Shown here: positions 62,826-64,000 of the stretch, piece after piece
Layout of the letters: each line of letters opens with the position of its first letter
Position numbering within the stretch: position 1 is the first letter of the stretch
NCBI GenBank assembly: GCA_049510745.1
Contig: JBEKYR010000003.1
Coordinates: 51,640 to 115,639 of the forward strand
Direction of reading: 5' to 3'
Length of the DNA stretch: 64,000 nucleotides
DNA from: Verrucomicrobiota bacterium
GTDB lineage: Bacteria; Verrucomicrobiota; Verrucomicrobiia; Limisphaerales; Palsa-1400
The notes under the pieces: generated by a model
What the model saw: only the letters and a program-made list of their open reading frames with translations
Told to the model about the DNA's origin: nothing
Database searches by the model: none
Position numbers and translations under genes: made by a program

Positions 62826-63839
62826 TCATCCCGTCACTTTGACGCGGCCTTCGCGGTGGTCTTTGAGGAGCTGGATGTCGGCTTCGACCATCAATTTCAC
62901 CAAATCGGCGAACTTGGTTTTCGGCTCCCAGCCGAGCTGGCGTTTGGCCTTGCTGGCATCGCCGATGAGCACATCGACCTCCGCCGGTCGGTAGTAGCGC
63001 GGATCGATTTCCACGTGTTTCTTCCAGTCCAGTTTGACATGGCCGAAGGCCAGATCGAGAAACTCGCGGATGGAATGCGTTTCCCCCGTGGCCACGACGT
63101 AATCATCGGGTCGGTCCTGCTGCAACATCAGCCACATCGCCTCGACGTATTCCTTGGCGTAGCCCCAATCGCGCTTGGCGTCGAGGTTGCCGAGGTAAAG
63201 CTTGTCCTGCAAGCCGGCCTGGATGTGGGCGACGGCGCGGGTGATTTTGCGGGTGACGAACGTCTCGCCGCGGCGGGGCGATTCGTGGTTGAAGAGGATG
63301 CCGTTGCTGGCGTGCAGGCCGTAGGATTCCCGGTAATTGACAGTGATCCAGAAGGAATAGACCTTCGAGCAGCCGTATGGGCTGCGCGGATAAAAGGGAG
63401 TGGTTTCGCGCTGCGGGATCTCCCGGACCTTCCCGAACATCTCGCTGGAGGAAGCCTGGTAGAAACGGGGTTGCAGGCCGGTTTCGCGGATGGCTTCGAG
63501 CAGCCGGACGGTGCCGGTGGCCGAAACGTCGGTCGTGTATTCCGGGGCGTCGAAGCTGACGCGGACGTGGCTTTGCGCGGCCAGGTTGTAAAGTTCGTCC
63601 GGCTGGATTTTGCCCAGCAACCGGCTCAAGCCGCTGGCATCGCTCAAATCGCCGTAGTGGAGGAAGAGGCGGTTTTTGGAGTTGTGCTGATCGGAATAGA
63701 TGCTTTCGAGGCGGCCGGTGTTAAAGGTGCTGGCGCGGCGGATGAGGCCGTGGACCTGGTAGCCCTTGGCGAGCAGCAACTCCGCCAGATAGGAGCCATC
63801 CTGGCCCGTGATGCCTGTAATCAGCGCTTTTTTTGACAT
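62826..63839 (-). CDS. gmd: GDP-mannose 4,6-dehydratase
   Basis: [27 protein letters not shown]...YNLAAQSHV...SPYGCSKVY...[21 protein letters not shown]. Start ATG 63839. Confidence 0.97.
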   Translation of the reverse strand: MSKKALITGITGQDGSYLAELLLAKGYQVHGLIRRASTFNTGRLESIYSDQHNSKNRLFLHYGDLSDASGLSRLLGKIQPDELYNLAAQSHVRVSFDAPEYTTDVSATGTVRLLEAIRETGLQPRFYQASSSEMFGKVREIPQRETTPFYPRSPYGCSKVYSFWITVNYRESYGLHASNGILFNHESPRRGETFVTRKITRAVAHIQAGLQDKLYLGNLDAKRDWGYAKEYVEAMWLMLQQDRPDDYVVATGETHSIREFLDLAFGHVKLDWKKHVEIDPRYYRPAEVDVLIGDASKAKRQLGWEPKTKFADLVKLMVEADIQLLKDHREGRVKVTG

Positions 63840-64000
63840 ACAACGAGCCAAAGGTTCGGCAACGGCAGAGGGGATGGCAAGCCTGAAGTTCCATCTTGGT
63901 TCTGCCCGTGTTTCTCCCGGCCGCAAACAGCGCCCTACCCTCGCATTTTGGCGGCCAGTTGGGCGGCGAAGGCGGCGTGGGCCGCGTCTTGCAGGCTGCT

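Noticed and set aside
63935-64000. Possible 3' end of another minus-strand gene (...AQLAAKMRG*) running off the window.
   Set aside because: Only 22 codons are visible with no recognisable motif. This is not enough to call a feature.

Overview
GC-rich 64-kb chromosomal segment. The gene content suggests a PVC-group bacterium. This is my inference, based on an H-X9-DG pseudopilin remnant, a TAT-signal Gfo/Idh/MocA oxidoreductase, ThuA, and giant Ig/NHL surface proteins, which together look Verrucomicrobiota-like. All family calls were made by eye from motifs, with no searches run.

About 55 protein genes are supportable. I found no rRNA, tRNA or CRISPR array.

Gene order:
- wrbA-like (partial), rpe
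- PepSY lipoprotein plus an OmpR/HK operon
- small membrane and Zn-ribbon genes, then a Na+/solute symporter
- ruvC
- a small islet with a ParE-like toxin fragment
- pgsA-pgpA, RRM RNA-binding protein 1, a YfhO-like membrane protein
- a 1450-aa Ig/NHL-propeller protein and a membrane-tethered ECF sigma factor
- a DUF4062-NB-ARC-TPR STAND NTPase beside hicBA
- ThuA
- a manganese locus: mntR facing an OprB-type porin-mntH-usp unit
- an HExxH membrane protein, infA, RRM protein 2, GT9, an ABC-2 exporter
- a galactan-degradation locus (GH35, GH53, a GH-A-like lipoprotein, a LuxR-type two-component system). It also holds a 1374-aa secreted protein built from five copies of an unrecognised ~200-aa module
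- a decayed zone with phage terminase and pseudopilin fragments
- a five-gene translationally coupled operon (TPR protein, TCS, ABC)
- an RluA::RlmI fusion, an oxidoreductase, a phosphodiesterase, der, GT2, gmd

Most notable non-standard signals:
1. The STAND/hicBA islet, a candidate NLR-like defence gene.
2. A ~0.5-kb non-coding element present twice (13249-13757 and 61188-61663), containing a 10-bp-phased CCGGATTT / T-tract array.
3. The five-module giant protein.
4. A C-terminal ~60-aa domain ending F/Y-F/Y-R-L, shared by three unrelated secreted proteins.
5. A conserved leader shared by the two RRM genes.
6. Short TGA-containing repeat elements that supply the last codons and the stop codon of four unrelated genes.
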